Assembly: GCA_964408365.1 (NCBI GenBank)
Contig: CAYOZB010000001.1
Span: 2,157 to 66,156 of the forward strand
Direction: 5' to 3'
Source of the DNA: an uncultured Halobacteriales archaeon
Lineage (GTDB): Archaea > Thermoplasmatota > E2 > JACPAO01
DNA length: 64,000 nt
This document shows positions 28,716-39,066 of the stretch, in pieces. The translations under genes and the position numbers were made by a program. The notes beneath the pieces were generated by a model that did not search any database, was not told the origin of the DNA, and saw nothing but the letters and a program-made list of their open reading frames with translations. The first letter of the stretch is position 1. Each line of letters opens with the position of its first letter.

Positions 28716-31700
28716 TCAGTCTGCTGCGGCGGAGGCGTTGATGGGCGTTGCGCGGAACGCGGACGGGAACGAAGCGTCGTGCTTCCATGTTTCATCCATG
28801 GCACACGTGCTTGGGACAGTGTTGCGCGCCAGATGAGGCACAAGAGGCGCTGTCAGGAGTTTCAAGCACGTGACATCCGTCGGGTGGGTGAGCACCCAGC
28901 CGCTGTCGGGCGCCCACGGTTTGATCCCGGTGAAGGCGATGTTCGCCGACGGGCAACGGTAGGCGAGCGGGTAGGACGATCCATTACGCTCCAAGACCGC
29001 GTATCCCGGTTCTTGTGGCTCGAGGCGCACGACGTCGCCTAGGTCGAGTTCATCGTCGTTGTCGGGCAGGACGGAGTGACCGAGGGACAATGCGTCGTTG
29101 GTCTGGCAGGATGCGGGGATGAGTTCGCGGATCGGCGCGGCGACTTCGCGACCCACCACGACGAGGGGAACGCCGGCGGCGACCCAGTCGAACAGCATGT
29201 TCCGGACCTCGGTCGACATGCTGCTTGCGTCGTAGGCGTCGCGTCCTCCGTCGATCACGACCATCGAGGGCGGTCCGCGTTCGCCAGGGGACGCGTCGAG
29301 GGCGTCGATGGCGACGACGCGGGCGTTGGTGTAGGCGCGGGCGACGGCTGCTGTGAGGCGGAGGCCCCAATCGTGGGGTCGGTCGGCTTCGGAGAAGGCG
29401 GGATGTGTGCGCGAGGAGCGTTCGTGGGTGATGACGACGATCTCGTCGGTCGGTGCGGGTGTCCGGTTGAGGATGTCGCGGTACGCCTTGGTGGCGAGCA
29501 TGAACTCGTCGCCGAATTCGAGGCTCGGTTCGATGCTGCTTCCTTCGAAGAATTCGTTGAAGGTGGCGACCAAGACGAGGTCGGGTCGGTGACGTAGCAC
29601 GGACTCCCACATGAGGTTGTACGTGGTGCCTTGGTCGGTGTAGGCGGGGATCTTGAAGCCGAAGGATCGGGTTGGGGCGAGGGGGTCTTCGGTCTGGAAG
29701 AATCCGGCGCGGTTGACCGTGTCGTCGTAGGCGGGGGCGATGCCGTACGAGGAGAACCGGTTGTCTCCCTCGGTGGCGGCGGTGAGCCAGATGTTGCGGT
29801 CTTCCCAGCTTTGGAAGATGTCGCCGTAGCTTCGTTCGAAGTTGCCGGTTCCGTCGCGCGGGTGATTGCCCCAGACGAAGGAGGGGCTGTAGATGAACGT
29901 CCCGTTGAAGGCGTCGTTGGCGACGAACCCCTTGACGATCCCGGCTTCGAAACCGGCGTGCTCGTTGAAGGCTTCACCGCTGATGAGGAAGAGCGGCCCC
30001 ATCGTTTCTTCGAGGTTCGCGCGGATCTGGTTCCAGAAGTCCCGGTGGAGATTGAGATGTGCAACGCGCCAGTAGGCGGATTGGTTGATCTGGGTGAAGC
30101 CGTGATATTGGGTGGACGGGGTGCGGTTGCCTTGGTAGAACGCCTGGGATGGGTTTCCCTGGAAGGTGGTGCCGGGCGTGGGGAAGTGGAGCAGGGCATC
30201 GTCGATGGTCGGTTCTAGGCCGGGGTTGTCGAAGGCGGTGCGAAGCGTCTCGATGGGGAAGGATTGGAGAAGGGTCTTCGCGAGGAGTCGCTTGGTCGGT
30301 TCGTCGTAACTGATCGCGGACACGTACGAATCGTAGAAGAAGACGACCGGGCGATCGTCGACGCGGTAGAGGGGCGCGGTGGGGCCAGTTAGGTCGGCGA
30401 GTTGCTTGACGAAGTCCTCGATGGCGATGCGCGTGCCGTTGTCGAGTCGGTAGGCGGCGTGGCCGACGGGTCGGCCGTCGGGTCCGAGGGCGTGTCGTTC
30501 GACTTGGTCGTAGATCTGGTTGAGTTCGATGAGGGGGGCGACGAGGAGTCCTTGCTCGGCGGCCTCTTCCATGAAGACGCGCATCCGTTCGTGTTCGCTG
30601 CTGTGGTAGCTCACGATGGCGACGTCGATGCCGCTCTCGAGCATCATGCGGACGTGGTCGCGGGCGACGCCGCGGGTGTTGGTGTAGTAGCCCATTTCAG
30701 GTGTTTGGCTGACCTTGAGCCAGTTTCCGTAGAGGATGGTCGGGTCGTGGGCGGGGTTGTGCCACCAGAGGTAGTAGAAGGCGGCGATGAGGGGTTCGTC
30801 GGCGGAGGGTTCGGGTCGGATGTCGGGGAGGTCCGGTGCGCCGACGGGGAGGATGGGGATCATGATGACGAGGAGGGTCGCGGCGGTTGCGTAGTAGCGG
30901 CTGTGCATTTCGCGTGACGTGGCGGGCGAGCGGACGGATAGGGCGGGAATCCAGCGTCGGGCGAACCGGTAGCTGAGGAACAGGTTGGCGCTGATGCCGA
31001 TGAGGAAGAGGACGGCGGCGACGTTGTCGGGCAGGGGGAAGATGCGTTCGCGCATCTGGCGCAATGCGGGGATGTGTTCCCGGATTTCTTCGGCGACCGC
31101 GTCGACGGGTTTGCCGAAGGTGGGGAGGGCGATGTCGGGGGGGATGAAGGTGAGGAAGTGCCAGCCGATGAATACGGTCACGCCGGCGAGGAAGGCGGGG
31201 ACGATCCTGGCGGCGCGGCGGGCGGTCTTGCTTTCGAGTTCTCCCAGTCCGAAGAGTAGCAGTAGCGGGGCGACGGCGAGGACCATGTATTGGTCGTTGA
31301 CGACGCGGTTCCAGAAGAGGATCTGGACGCTGGCGGCGAGGGTGATGAGGAGCGGGGCGGCGGGGGAGCGCACGCGGGGTGCAAGGAGTGCCAAAAGGAG
31401 CAGGCTGGCCGACATGAGGGCGAAGCTTGCGATCTCGATGCTTTCGGCGGAGGCGGCTTCGGCGGGGACGAGTCGCCAGATGCTGTGGCCTTGGACGGGG
31501 CGGGCGAGATGGAAGAGGACGATCTGTTGGAAGAATCCGCGGGGAGTGGCGATGAAGAACGGGAGGCACACGGCGAGGATGGTGGCGCACGCGGCGCCGA
31601 ACGCCCGACCGACGGGTCGCCAGCCGCGTTCGTAGAGGAAGAACGAAGCCAGCGGCAGGGCGAGGAGGATGGGGAAGGGTTTGATGAGCGTCGCGAGTCC

Positions 31701-32192
31701 GACGAACAGCCCGGCTTCGAGGGCCCGGCCTTGCTGGAACCGTAAGGCGCCGAAGAGGAAGAGGGCGATGAGGGCAGGATCCGTCATGCCCCAGACGGGT
31801 CCGATGATGATGAGGAAGGGGTTGAACAGCAGCAGGGTACGGACGCGTCGACCGACTTCGGGGGTCTTGCCGAGGTGTTTGGCCCAGGCTTCGCCGACGA
31901 AGGCGACGGCGAGCGTGCCGAGGACCATCGGGAGTTTGAGGAGGATCCGTTCGAGGAAGGGCGGGACGTCGAGGAGGATCTCGGGCATGTACGTGAATGC
32001 CATCGCCAAAAGCGGCAAGGGCGGGTAGGCGTACCATTGGGGGTGGGCGTCGTTGATGCCGAGGAACGTGTAGAACGGTTGGTCTTCGGCGACCGCGTAG
32101 GGGGTCTTGCCTTCCCAGAAGTCGCGGACGCTGTTCTCGAAGACGAACCCGTCCCAGTCGTGGATGAAGAGGGCGGCGAGGAGCACGTACAT
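28716..32192 (-). CDS. Fusion of a GT-C (GT87/PIG-M-like) membrane glycosyltransferase and a GH99-like glycoside hydrolase
   Basis: N-terminal DWD, YAYPPL, KLP, FNP and IKPFP over many TMs; C-terminal AFYYLWW, TPxxGYY, GID and TFNEFFEGSSIEPS. Start uncertain (frame open to 32462). Confidence 0.8.
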   Translation of the reverse strand: MYVLLAALFIHDWDGFVFENSVRDFWEGKTPYAVAEDQPFYTFLGINDAHPQWYAYPPLPLLAMAFTYMPEILLDVPPFLERILLKLPMVLGTLAVAFVGEAWAKHLGKTPEVGRRVRTLLLFNPFLIIIGPVWGMTDPALIALFLFGALRFQQGRALEAGLFVGLATLIKPFPILLALPLASFFLYERGWRPVGRAFGAACATILAVCLPFFIATPRGFFQQIVLFHLARPVQGHSIWRLVPAEAASAESIEIASFALMSASLLLLALLAPRVRSPAAPLLITLAASVQILFWNRVVNDQYMVLAVAPLLLLFGLGELESKTARRAARIVPAFLAGVTVFIGWHFLTFIPPDIALPTFGKPVDAVAEEIREHIPALRQMRERIFPLPDNVAAVLFLIGISANLFLSYRFARRWIPALSVRSPATSREMHSRYYATAATLLVIMIPILPVGAPDLPDIRPEPSADEPLIAAFYYLWWHNPAHDPTILYGNWLKVSQTPEMGYYTNTRGVARDHVRMMLESGIDVAIVSYHSSEHERMRVFMEEAAEQGLLVAPLIELNQIYDQVERHALGPDGRPVGHAAYRLDNGTRIAIEDFVKQLADLTGPTAPLYRVDDRPVVFFYDSYVSAISYDEPTKRLLAKTLLQSFPIETLRTAFDNPGLEPTIDDALLHFPTPGTTFQGNPSQAFYQGNRTPSTQYHGFTQINQSAYWRVAHLNLHRDFWNQIRANLEETMGPLFLISGEAFNEHAGFEAGIVKGFVANDAFNGTFIYSPSFVWGNHPRDGTGNFERSYGDIFQSWEDRNIWLTAATEGDNRFSSYGIAPAYDDTVNRAGFFQTEDPLAPTRSFGFKIPAYTDQGTTYNLMWESVLRHRPDLVLVATFNEFFEGSSIEPSLEFGDEFMLATKAYRDILNRTPAPTDEIVVITHERSSRTHPAFSEADRPHDWGLRLTAAVARAYTNARVVAIDALDASPGERGPPSMVVIDGGRDAYDASSMSTEVRNMLFDWVAAGVPLVVVGREVAAPIRELIPASCQTNDALSLGHSVLPDNDDELDLGDVVRLEPQEPGYAVLERNGSSYPLAYRCPSANIAFTGIKPWAPDSGWVLTHPTDVTCLKLLTAPLVPHLARNTVPSTCAMDETWKHDASFPSAFRATPINASAAAD

Positions 32193-32367
32193 CGCGGCCG
32201 CGATGAGGTAGTGGGTTCGCCGCCGGACGGGGGAATCCGGTTCGGTGGGAGCGGGGTCTGGAACGTCGGTCGTAGTGGATTCCCTCGGGCCGGAACAAAC
32301 GGGCGGAACGTGGGGCCTATAAATTAGATTCCGGACGGACCACGGCCACGGTAGGGCGGCGGATACG

Positions 32368-33441
32368 TCAGGAAACGCCCCGGAGCCAGCGGAGGGCTCG
32401 CTGGTTCCAGGCGACCGTGTGCGTGGTGCCGGTGCGTCCGGCGATCGACGCCAGGTGGGCAATGTACCAGTCGTAACTGTCGACCAGGGTCTCGCTGTTG
32501 GAGCGTCGGGGATGCCAGCCGAGCTTCGCTGTGGCTTTGGTGATCTCGACGTAGGATTCCCGGTCCATGGTACCGTAGTGCCAACGGGTCAAGGGGGACA
32601 GCCGGAGCTTGTCGAGCACGAACAAGGCGAACTTGCTGAGGCGGCGGGGCAGGGCCGTGACACGCGAAGCCGTGCCCGCGTGGTCGATCACGGTCTGAAG
32701 ATCCTGCTTGATGGAGGCAAAGCGGTCGGCGCCCAGGTTGAAGTCGTCGTTTCCGGCGCTCGTCTGCGCGGCGAGGATGATCCCGTCGACAAGGTCCTCG
32801 ACATCGAGGAGTTGGTAGCGGTTGTTTCCCTTGCCGATGGTGTAGATGCGTTTGCCGCGTCGGATCCAGTCGAACAGGATCTCGAACACGCCGAGTCGTC
32901 CGGGGCCGAGGAACGTCTTGCAACGCAAGATGCCCACGTGGAGCCCTTTCGCGCGGTACTCGCGGCACATTTCTTCACCGCGGACCTTCGAGGCACCGTA
33001 CGGTCCGATGGGGATCATGGGAGACGTCTCGAGGATCGGATGGTACTTGTGCAAACCATACACGGCAGTGCTGCTCGTGAACACGAACCCTTTCACGCGC
33101 GCCGCGACGGCGGCATCGAGCACGTTTCGCATGCCTTCGACGTTGACGGAGAAAATGAACTTGCGAGAACGGTGGATCGGAAGAGCCGCTGCTGCGTGGA
33201 CGACGTAGTCGGCTCCGGCGACGGCTCGTTCGACGGCCGCCTTGTCGCGGATGTCCACACGGACGTAGTCCACGCCCTCGACCACGAAGGCCGGTTCCGG
33301 ATCGACGATGTCGATGCTTTTGGCCTTCACGCCCGCCTTGACCATGCGCGTCAACACGGCGTGCCCGAGGAACCCGGCGCCGCCCGTCATCACCCAGGTC
33401 GTGCCGTTTCGCGGGCTCGGCCGGGGGGTGTCGTTCTGCAC
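32368..33441 (-). CDS. NAD-dependent epimerase/dehydratase
   Basis: TGGAGFLG, SSTAVYG and YGASK motifs. Confidence 0.92.
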   Translation of the reverse strand: MQNDTPRPSPRNGTTWVMTGGAGFLGHAVLTRMVKAGVKAKSIDIVDPEPAFVVEGVDYVRVDIRDKAAVERAVAGADYVVHAAAALPIHRSRKFIFSVNVEGMRNVLDAAVAARVKGFVFTSSTAVYGLHKYHPILETSPMIPIGPYGASKVRGEEMCREYRAKGLHVGILRCKTFLGPGRLGVFEILFDWIRRGKRIYTIGKGNNRYQLLDVEDLVDGIILAAQTSAGNDDFNLGADRFASIKQDLQTVIDHAGTASRVTALPRRLSKFALFVLDKLRLSPLTRWHYGTMDRESYVEITKATAKLGWHPRRSNSETLVDSYDWYIAHLASIAGRTGTTHTVAWNQRALRWLRGVS

Positions 33442-33539
33442 GGTCTCGCGTACCGCAGGCTGCGGAAAAAGGCTGCTACGACGGAACCCGCGGCGGCCAG
33501 GGCAAACGTAAAGCGTTTGGGACGAGTGCCGCGCCGCGA

Positions 33540-35249
33540 ATGGGAACCGACAATCCAACGCCGGGGCCCGTTGCGCCGTCGCGGTCCGCGTGGATTTGGC
33601 GAATGGTTTTTGCGTCGCGACCGCTCGAACGTCGCGACCTCTGGATCGCCGCATCACTTTTCCTTGCATCGTTGGGATTGCTCGTGTCCGTCCGCGCTCG
33701 GACCCTCAACACCACGGACAGTTTCCTGTTCGCGCTGGCGACGGAGGATTATGACTTGACGCGCGCGCATCCCCACCCGCCCGGATACCCCGTCTTCATC
33801 GCATTGGCCCGCATCTTCCTGGTTTTCACACAGGAGGCGAACGCGGCGCTCGTGGGGGTCAGTGTGCTGTTCGGTGCCGTGTCGATCGCCCTGCTGTACC
33901 TGCTGGTTCGCGAGTTCGCATCGGTCGCCGCCGCTGCGCTTGCGGCCATTTTGTTCGCTGCGTCGCCGAACCTCCTATACAACGGGGCGCTGGCACTTTC
34001 GTACACGGCGGAAGGCGCAACCTCGATCGCCGTGGCTTGGGCGGCCGTCCGGACCCGTCAAGGTCGGTTCCCATTTTGGGCTCTTGGGGTGCTCTTCGCG
34101 GTGAGCCTCGGTCTGCGCCAATCCTCGTTGTTTTTCTTGACGCCGATCGTCCTTTGGACTCTTGTGGACCGACTCCGCGACCGGACCCGGCTTCGCCAAG
34201 CCATCCAAGGGCTCGCGTCGGGTGCGGTGCCGACGTTCCTCCTCTGGTTCGTCCCCATGTTGATGTTCGGAGGCGGGTTCCGCGTCTGGCTCGAGACGAC
34301 GCAACTGCAGAGTCGCGTCGTTGTCTTCGCGTACACGGTCTTCAACTCCGGGTGGCCGGCCGTCTTCGACAATGTGAGCCGTCTGCGGATCTTCACAGAG
34401 GCGGATTGGATCCTTGTTTGGGCCGCCGTACCCGTGCTTTTGCTGGCAGTGTTTTTGTCGCGAAGAAACACGGGCGGGGCCAGGATCTCACCAACCGTAA
34501 AGCAGGCGAGCACGGCGCTGTTGATCTGGGCCTTGCCGAGCCTGCTTTTTTACACATTCATTTTCAGCGGCTCCCACAACGGACCGCGCGGCTACATTCT
34601 CGTCGTTGAACCAGCGTTCTTTGCCGCGCTTGCGGTGCTCACTCAGTGGCTGTACGACGGAGTGGAAATTTCTTTCAAGCGGCCGAGGGCGAGCGTTTCG
34701 ATGGGGTCCGCGGTGCTGGTGTTGCTCTTGCTGTTGACGATCCCCTTCGGGACCGCCTCCGCCGCTCTGCTCAAGAAGGAAGTCCGAGACCACGACGTCT
34801 GGTCCGACGCATGGCTCGGTCTCAAACAGGAATACGCCCCCAACGAGACGGCCCTCTTCGCGAGCCACAGTTGGGGATTCGCAAAATGGTACTTTCCCGA
34901 ATACGTGGTCTGGAACTTCATGCCCGTGACACCAGACCCGGCGGGCACTCCTCTCCATTTCATCATGGAATCCCGCCATCACGTCGACGACGTCGCCCTC
35001 TACGACAGCTGGGTCCGCTCCGCCTGGAACACCGAACACCCCATCCCCCCCGGCATCCGCACCATCATCATCCTTGATTTCCAACTCGCCGGAGAGAACA
35101 ACGGCATCCGCGCGATCCGCCCCGAGATCAAGGTCGACGAAGCGCACCTGGCCTCCGGCTGGCGCCTGCTCGTCATGCATCCCGATCCGGAACACCCCAC
35201 CGTCGAATCGCTCGTCTACCTCGACGACCGGTCACCGCAACCAAGATAG
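33540..35249 (+). CDS. GT-C membrane glycosyltransferase (DUF2723/ArnT-like)
   Basis: 'DS..FAL...YD...HPHPPGYP' plus about 12 TMs. Confidence 0.8.
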   Translation: MGTDNPTPGPVAPSRSAWIWRMVFASRPLERRDLWIAASLFLASLGLLVSVRARTLNTTDSFLFALATEDYDLTRAHPHPPGYPVFIALARIFLVFTQEANAALVGVSVLFGAVSIALLYLLVREFASVAAAALAAILFAASPNLLYNGALALSYTAEGATSIAVAWAAVRTRQGRFPFWALGVLFAVSLGLRQSSLFFLTPIVLWTLVDRLRDRTRLRQAIQGLASGAVPTFLLWFVPMLMFGGGFRVWLETTQLQSRVVVFAYTVFNSGWPAVFDNVSRLRIFTEADWILVWAAVPVLLLAVFLSRRNTGGARISPTVKQASTALLIWALPSLLFYTFIFSGSHNGPRGYILVVEPAFFAALAVLTQWLYDGVEISFKRPRASVSMGSAVLVLLLLLTIPFGTASAALLKKEVRDHDVWSDAWLGLKQEYAPNETALFASHSWGFAKWYFPEYVVWNFMPVTPDPAGTPLHFIMESRHHVDDVALYDSWVRSAWNTEHPIPPGIRTIIILDFQLAGENNGIRAIRPEIKVDEAHLASGWRLLVMHPDPEHPTVESLVYLDDRSPQPR

Positions 35250-35261
35250 GAGCGGGTCACG

Positions 35262-36800
35262 GTGGCACGTTCGATGGAAGCCCGCGCACGGTTGTTGCAG
35301 TGGGCACCTTACTTGTTACTCACCCTCTTGGCGTTCGCGTTGAAGCTGCCATTCGCCGACATCCCCCCGTATGGCGACGAGGGCGCGTTCTACTACACTT
35401 CACGTGAACTCGATTCGTTTCCGCCCAATGTCCACGACCTGTACCTGCCCGCGGAGTCGGAACTTTCGCCCAACGTTCTCTACCGGCCGGTTCCCTTGTT
35501 CTGGTATCGACCGGTCCATTACCTCACGATGTGGCCCGCGGCACAGTTTGGGTTCGACGCATACCGAGTCGCTTCGATCGCATTGACGTCGACGATACCG
35601 GCGCTCGCCGCTTCCGTATTGGTGTCGTTCGGAACGCGACGCTCCTATGCGGTCGGCGCTGGCGTTGTCCTCGCGACGGTACCGTACTTTGTCGTCTGGG
35701 GCGTCCTCACACTGCCGGACACGCTGCTGACGATGTGGTTCCTCGCGGGCCTCCTCGCGTACCGGCTCGGACGTCCGTGGCTTATGGGCGCGGCCTTCCT
35801 CAGCGCGGCTTGGACGAAAGAGATCGCCGTGATCGGGATCGCCGCTCTCCTTGTCTTCACGGTTGCGACCCGGATCCGCTCGGGCGCGCCGCGAACGTGG
35901 CCGCTCGAGGTCTCGCGGCGCGAGTTCGTTCTCGCTCTATGCGTGCCCCTTGGCCTCGTGCCGATGATGATCGCGCTGTGGAAAGGCGGCGCACCTCCCG
36001 GCGGCGGAGGCGCCCCAGGCTGGGGTTGGTTGTTCGAGGGTTTGTTCGGCGTCGTCTGGCTGCTTCCCTTGGTGCTCCTGGCGCTTGTCTACCGCAACAC
36101 GCGGCTGCTCGCCGGTTTCGCCCTCGTGTACCCGGTGTTCTACGTGTTGTACGGGCAGATTTTGGGCCGCGCCGTGAACATCTGGTACCTCTACGTTCCC
36201 GCGACGCTGTCCATCGTGGCCGCCGCCGCAGCGTTGGACGCATGGACCTCCGCGGTCGATGGGACTCGTCACAAGCGGGTGCCAAAGGTCGTCGCCGCTA
36301 TCGTGGTCGCAATGTTCCTCGCAATGGCCCTCCTCCCGACCGGCGCCGCCAAGGGTGCTTTGATCCGGCCTTTCACCCGTGATCCCGCGGACAGTCTACG
36401 CGATGCGTTGCAATATGAGTCGGCGCGAGACGCCGATCTGCGCGACGCGTTGGCGGCGCTTCAACTGGGTCCGGGGCGGCGGGTGTTCGTGGTGGACCTG
36501 TATGGATCCTACGTGCTGCATCCCGTATCCACGTCGGGCGCCGAGGTGTGGTGGGGGGAAACCCGGACGGTGGAACTGTTTCACCAACGGTTGGATCCGT
36601 GGTCGGTGACCTTGGAGCAGCGTGCGACCCACACGTTGGTGTCGAAGAACGACAACGCCTTGAACCGCGCCGTGCGCGACGTGTACGCAGATTGTGTCAC
36701 ATTCGCGAGCGAACGGTTTGCCGTCATCGAAGGGTCAGGATGCCCAGATCGGAAGGACGTGTTGGCCAATCGGTACGCGGAGCTCACTGTTTCGGAGTGA
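35262..36800 (+). CDS. GT-C membrane glycosyltransferase (PMT/ArnT-like)
   Basis: 'GDEGAFY' first-loop motif, 'WTKE' and multiple TMs. Confidence 0.75.
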   Translation: MARSMEARARLLQWAPYLLLTLLAFALKLPFADIPPYGDEGAFYYTSRELDSFPPNVHDLYLPAESELSPNVLYRPVPLFWYRPVHYLTMWPAAQFGFDAYRVASIALTSTIPALAASVLVSFGTRRSYAVGAGVVLATVPYFVVWGVLTLPDTLLTMWFLAGLLAYRLGRPWLMGAAFLSAAWTKEIAVIGIAALLVFTVATRIRSGAPRTWPLEVSRREFVLALCVPLGLVPMMIALWKGGAPPGGGGAPGWGWLFEGLFGVVWLLPLVLLALVYRNTRLLAGFALVYPVFYVLYGQILGRAVNIWYLYVPATLSIVAAAAALDAWTSAVDGTRHKRVPKVVAAIVVAMFLAMALLPTGAAKGALIRPFTRDPADSLRDALQYESARDADLRDALAALQLGPGRRVFVVDLYGSYVLHPVSTSGAEVWWGETRTVELFHQRLDPWSVTLEQRATHTLVSKNDNALNRAVRDVYADCVTFASERFAVIEGSGCPDRKDVLANRYAELTVSE

Positions 36801-37959
36801 CCGCGGCGACGAACATCGCCGTCGACGGGGTGGGCTTCGGGCCCAGTGTCGTGGGCGTGGGGCGAGGCGTCGGCTTCGAGCTGCGGTCCTTCCATCCGAG
36901 GCTCGGGGTCTCGACCAACACGTAGAGGAGCCACGTCGCGAGCATGACCGGGGCGGCCAGGATCAGTTGGAACATGACGAACCCGTGGTCGAGCGTCCAC
37001 GGCATCTTCGAGGCGATGAACGTCATGACGGGGAAGTGCATGAGGTAGAGGCTGTAGCTGCGTTCTCCGAGAGCGTCCGTGAACCGGTTGCCGAGCGCGC
37101 GGCTGACGACGCGTTCCGGGTTTGCGGCGAGGAAGATGGCCAATGCGAAACCGATTGCGGGGCCGGCGCGAACGATAAAAGTGCTGGGCAAGGGGGCCAG
37201 GGCGCTCCACAGGCCCGGTGGCGGTGCGGCCAAGAGCAGCGGCGCGACGATAAGGATGGGTACGGAGGCCCAAAGCCAGGGACGGGCGGATTTACTGATG
37301 GTGTAGTTGCCGACGTATAGCCGCGCGGCCGTGATGCCGAGGGCGAAGTGGAACAGGTAGCCGGGCAGTTGGCTGAGCGCCCAGAAGTTGTCCGCGCCGG
37401 GGTTGTTCATGTCGATGGTCAACACGTTCCAGGTCATCGAGACCGCGTAGGCGGCGGCGAGTCCGACGATGGGGTGGGTCCGCAAGAGGAACCAGAGAAG
37501 GACCGGCAGGACGACGTAGAATTGGAACTCGACCGCGAGGGACCAGTAGACGGGGTTGATGGTCCACACGAGACCATCGACGAAGTTGTGCGCGTAGGCA
37601 CCGTGAAGCATGAGGCTGGTGGGGCGGGTCCATAGGTAGTTCATGGTGCCGGCCGCGAACAGGGCGAAGAGGAGCGACGCGTAGTAGGGAGGCGCGATGC
37701 GGATCAAGCGTCGGCGCAGGTAATTGGCCCAATACCCGAAGCTTTGTCCCTCGTTCTTGCGCAGCAACGGGGAAGCGAGAAGGAAGGCGCTCAGCACGAA
37801 GAACAGGTCGACGCCGATCCAGCCGTATCGGTAGACCCCGTCCACTCCAGCGAAAACGCTGTGCTTGGCGACGTACAGCTGCCACGCGTGGTAGACAGCG
37901 ACGTAAAGCGCGGCTAGGCCACGCATGCCTGTCAGCGCCGGCAGTCGCCCCACGAACAT
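36784..37959 (-). CDS. Acyltransferase_3 (OafA-like) membrane O-acyltransferase
   Basis: GMRGLAA, GVDLFFVLS, RRLIRI, WSLAVEFQFY and SYSLYL.H motifs. Confidence 0.92.
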   Translation of the reverse strand: MFVGRLPALTGMRGLAALYVAVYHAWQLYVAKHSVFAGVDGVYRYGWIGVDLFFVLSAFLLASPLLRKNEGQSFGYWANYLRRRLIRIAPPYYASLLFALFAAGTMNYLWTRPTSLMLHGAYAHNFVDGLVWTINPVYWSLAVEFQFYVVLPVLLWFLLRTHPIVGLAAAYAVSMTWNVLTIDMNNPGADNFWALSQLPGYLFHFALGITAARLYVGNYTISKSARPWLWASVPILIVAPLLLAAPPPGLWSALAPLPSTFIVRAGPAIGFALAIFLAANPERVVSRALGNRFTDALGERSYSLYLMHFPVMTFIASKMPWTLDHGFVMFQLILAAPVMLATWLLYVLVETPSLGWKDRSSKPTPRPTPTTLGPKPTPSTAMFVAAVTPKQ

Positions 37960-38108
37960 TTCGTTGCAGGGTCAATGATTTAAGAGGTGTGGTGAGGCCG
38001 TGGTTACTTCGCATTCACATCTTTAGCGTGGCACGGCCAATCGGCCCCGCGTCGGCGGGAACCACGGTCTCGACGCGATGACGGTTTCTCCCAAACGACA
38101 ACCGTCGC

Positions 38109-38116
38109 TATATAAG
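38109..38116 (+). promoter_or_regulatory. TATA box of the ArsR-TM gene
   Basis: TATATAAG about 32-39 nt upstream of ATG 38148. Confidence 0.55.
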
Positions 38117-38147
38117 GCGCCCGGGCACATCGAAGACTCGGACGAGC

Positions 38148-38996
38148 ATGACCAAGATAGTCCTTGACGCGGAGGCCTTCAAAGCCTTGGCAAGCGACAC
38201 GCGCCTCCAGATCCTCAAGGCGCTCGACGCTCGACCCCTGACGGTCTCGGAACTGTCCCGGCTCCTGAACCTCAACAAAGCGACCGTCTTCGAGCACCTC
38301 AAGCAACTCATGGCCGCCGACTTGGCCAAGCGCGAGGACGACCCGGCCCGCAAATGGGTCTACTACCACCTCACGTGGAAAGGCAAGAACATCCTCCATC
38401 CCGAGAACGCACAGATCTTCCTGATGCTCGGCATGGCCGCCTTGGGCCTGGGCGGCGCCGTGCTCCAGACCGCCTACCTCGCCCAACTTTGGCTCCAAGG
38501 GAACAACTCGCTCTCATCCCCCTCGTCTGGGCCGTCGGCGGACCTCGTTTCGGACATGTCCGAAAGCCGGCTCGTCGAGGATTCCAACGACAACGCGGCG
38601 CAGCACGAACCGCAAGCCGCCCAAGGTTCCAGTACCGCCGATCCGGCTCCCGCCGGAGCCCCCGCATCCTCCACGTCCGCCTCGGGCGCCGGGGGCCAAG
38701 CAGACAAAGCGGGTGGCGGCGGCAACGAGGACACGGTCGCCGAAGCCGACGTGATCCCCGTCAACGCCGACGAATCCGCCATGGCCGACACGGCGGGTCC
38801 GGCCTGGTGGGAACCCTTGACGAGCAACTACTTCCTCACCCTGATGGGGGTCCTCGTGTTCTTGGGACTCCTCACGCTCATCATCTGGACCCTGTACGGC
38901 AGCCAACGCAACGAGCGCCTCGCGATGCGCACGAAGATCGGAACGTTGCCCTTGGACGTCAACCGCGAAGAGGCCGCCCTCGGCCAGCCGGCGTAG
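38148..38996 (+). CDS. Membrane-anchored ArsR-family wHTH regulator (2 TM)
   Basis: FKALASDTRLQIL...ATVFEHL..L and KWVYYHLT; two TMs flank a low-complexity loop. Confidence 0.88.
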   Translation: MTKIVLDAEAFKALASDTRLQILKALDARPLTVSELSRLLNLNKATVFEHLKQLMAADLAKREDDPARKWVYYHLTWKGKNILHPENAQIFLMLGMAALGLGGAVLQTAYLAQLWLQGNNSLSSPSSGPSADLVSDMSESRLVEDSNDNAAQHEPQAAQGSSTADPAPAGAPASSTSASGAGGQADKAGGGGNEDTVAEADVIPVNADESAMADTAGPAWWEPLTSNYFLTLMGVLVFLGLLTLIIWTLYGSQRNERLAMRTKIGTLPLDVNREEAALGQPA

Positions 38997-39066
38997 CTAT
39001 AGCCAGGGAAGGAATGAATCGCGAGGCTCAGGTTTTTGCGAACAAAGGGGTGACCGTTCGCGGGCG

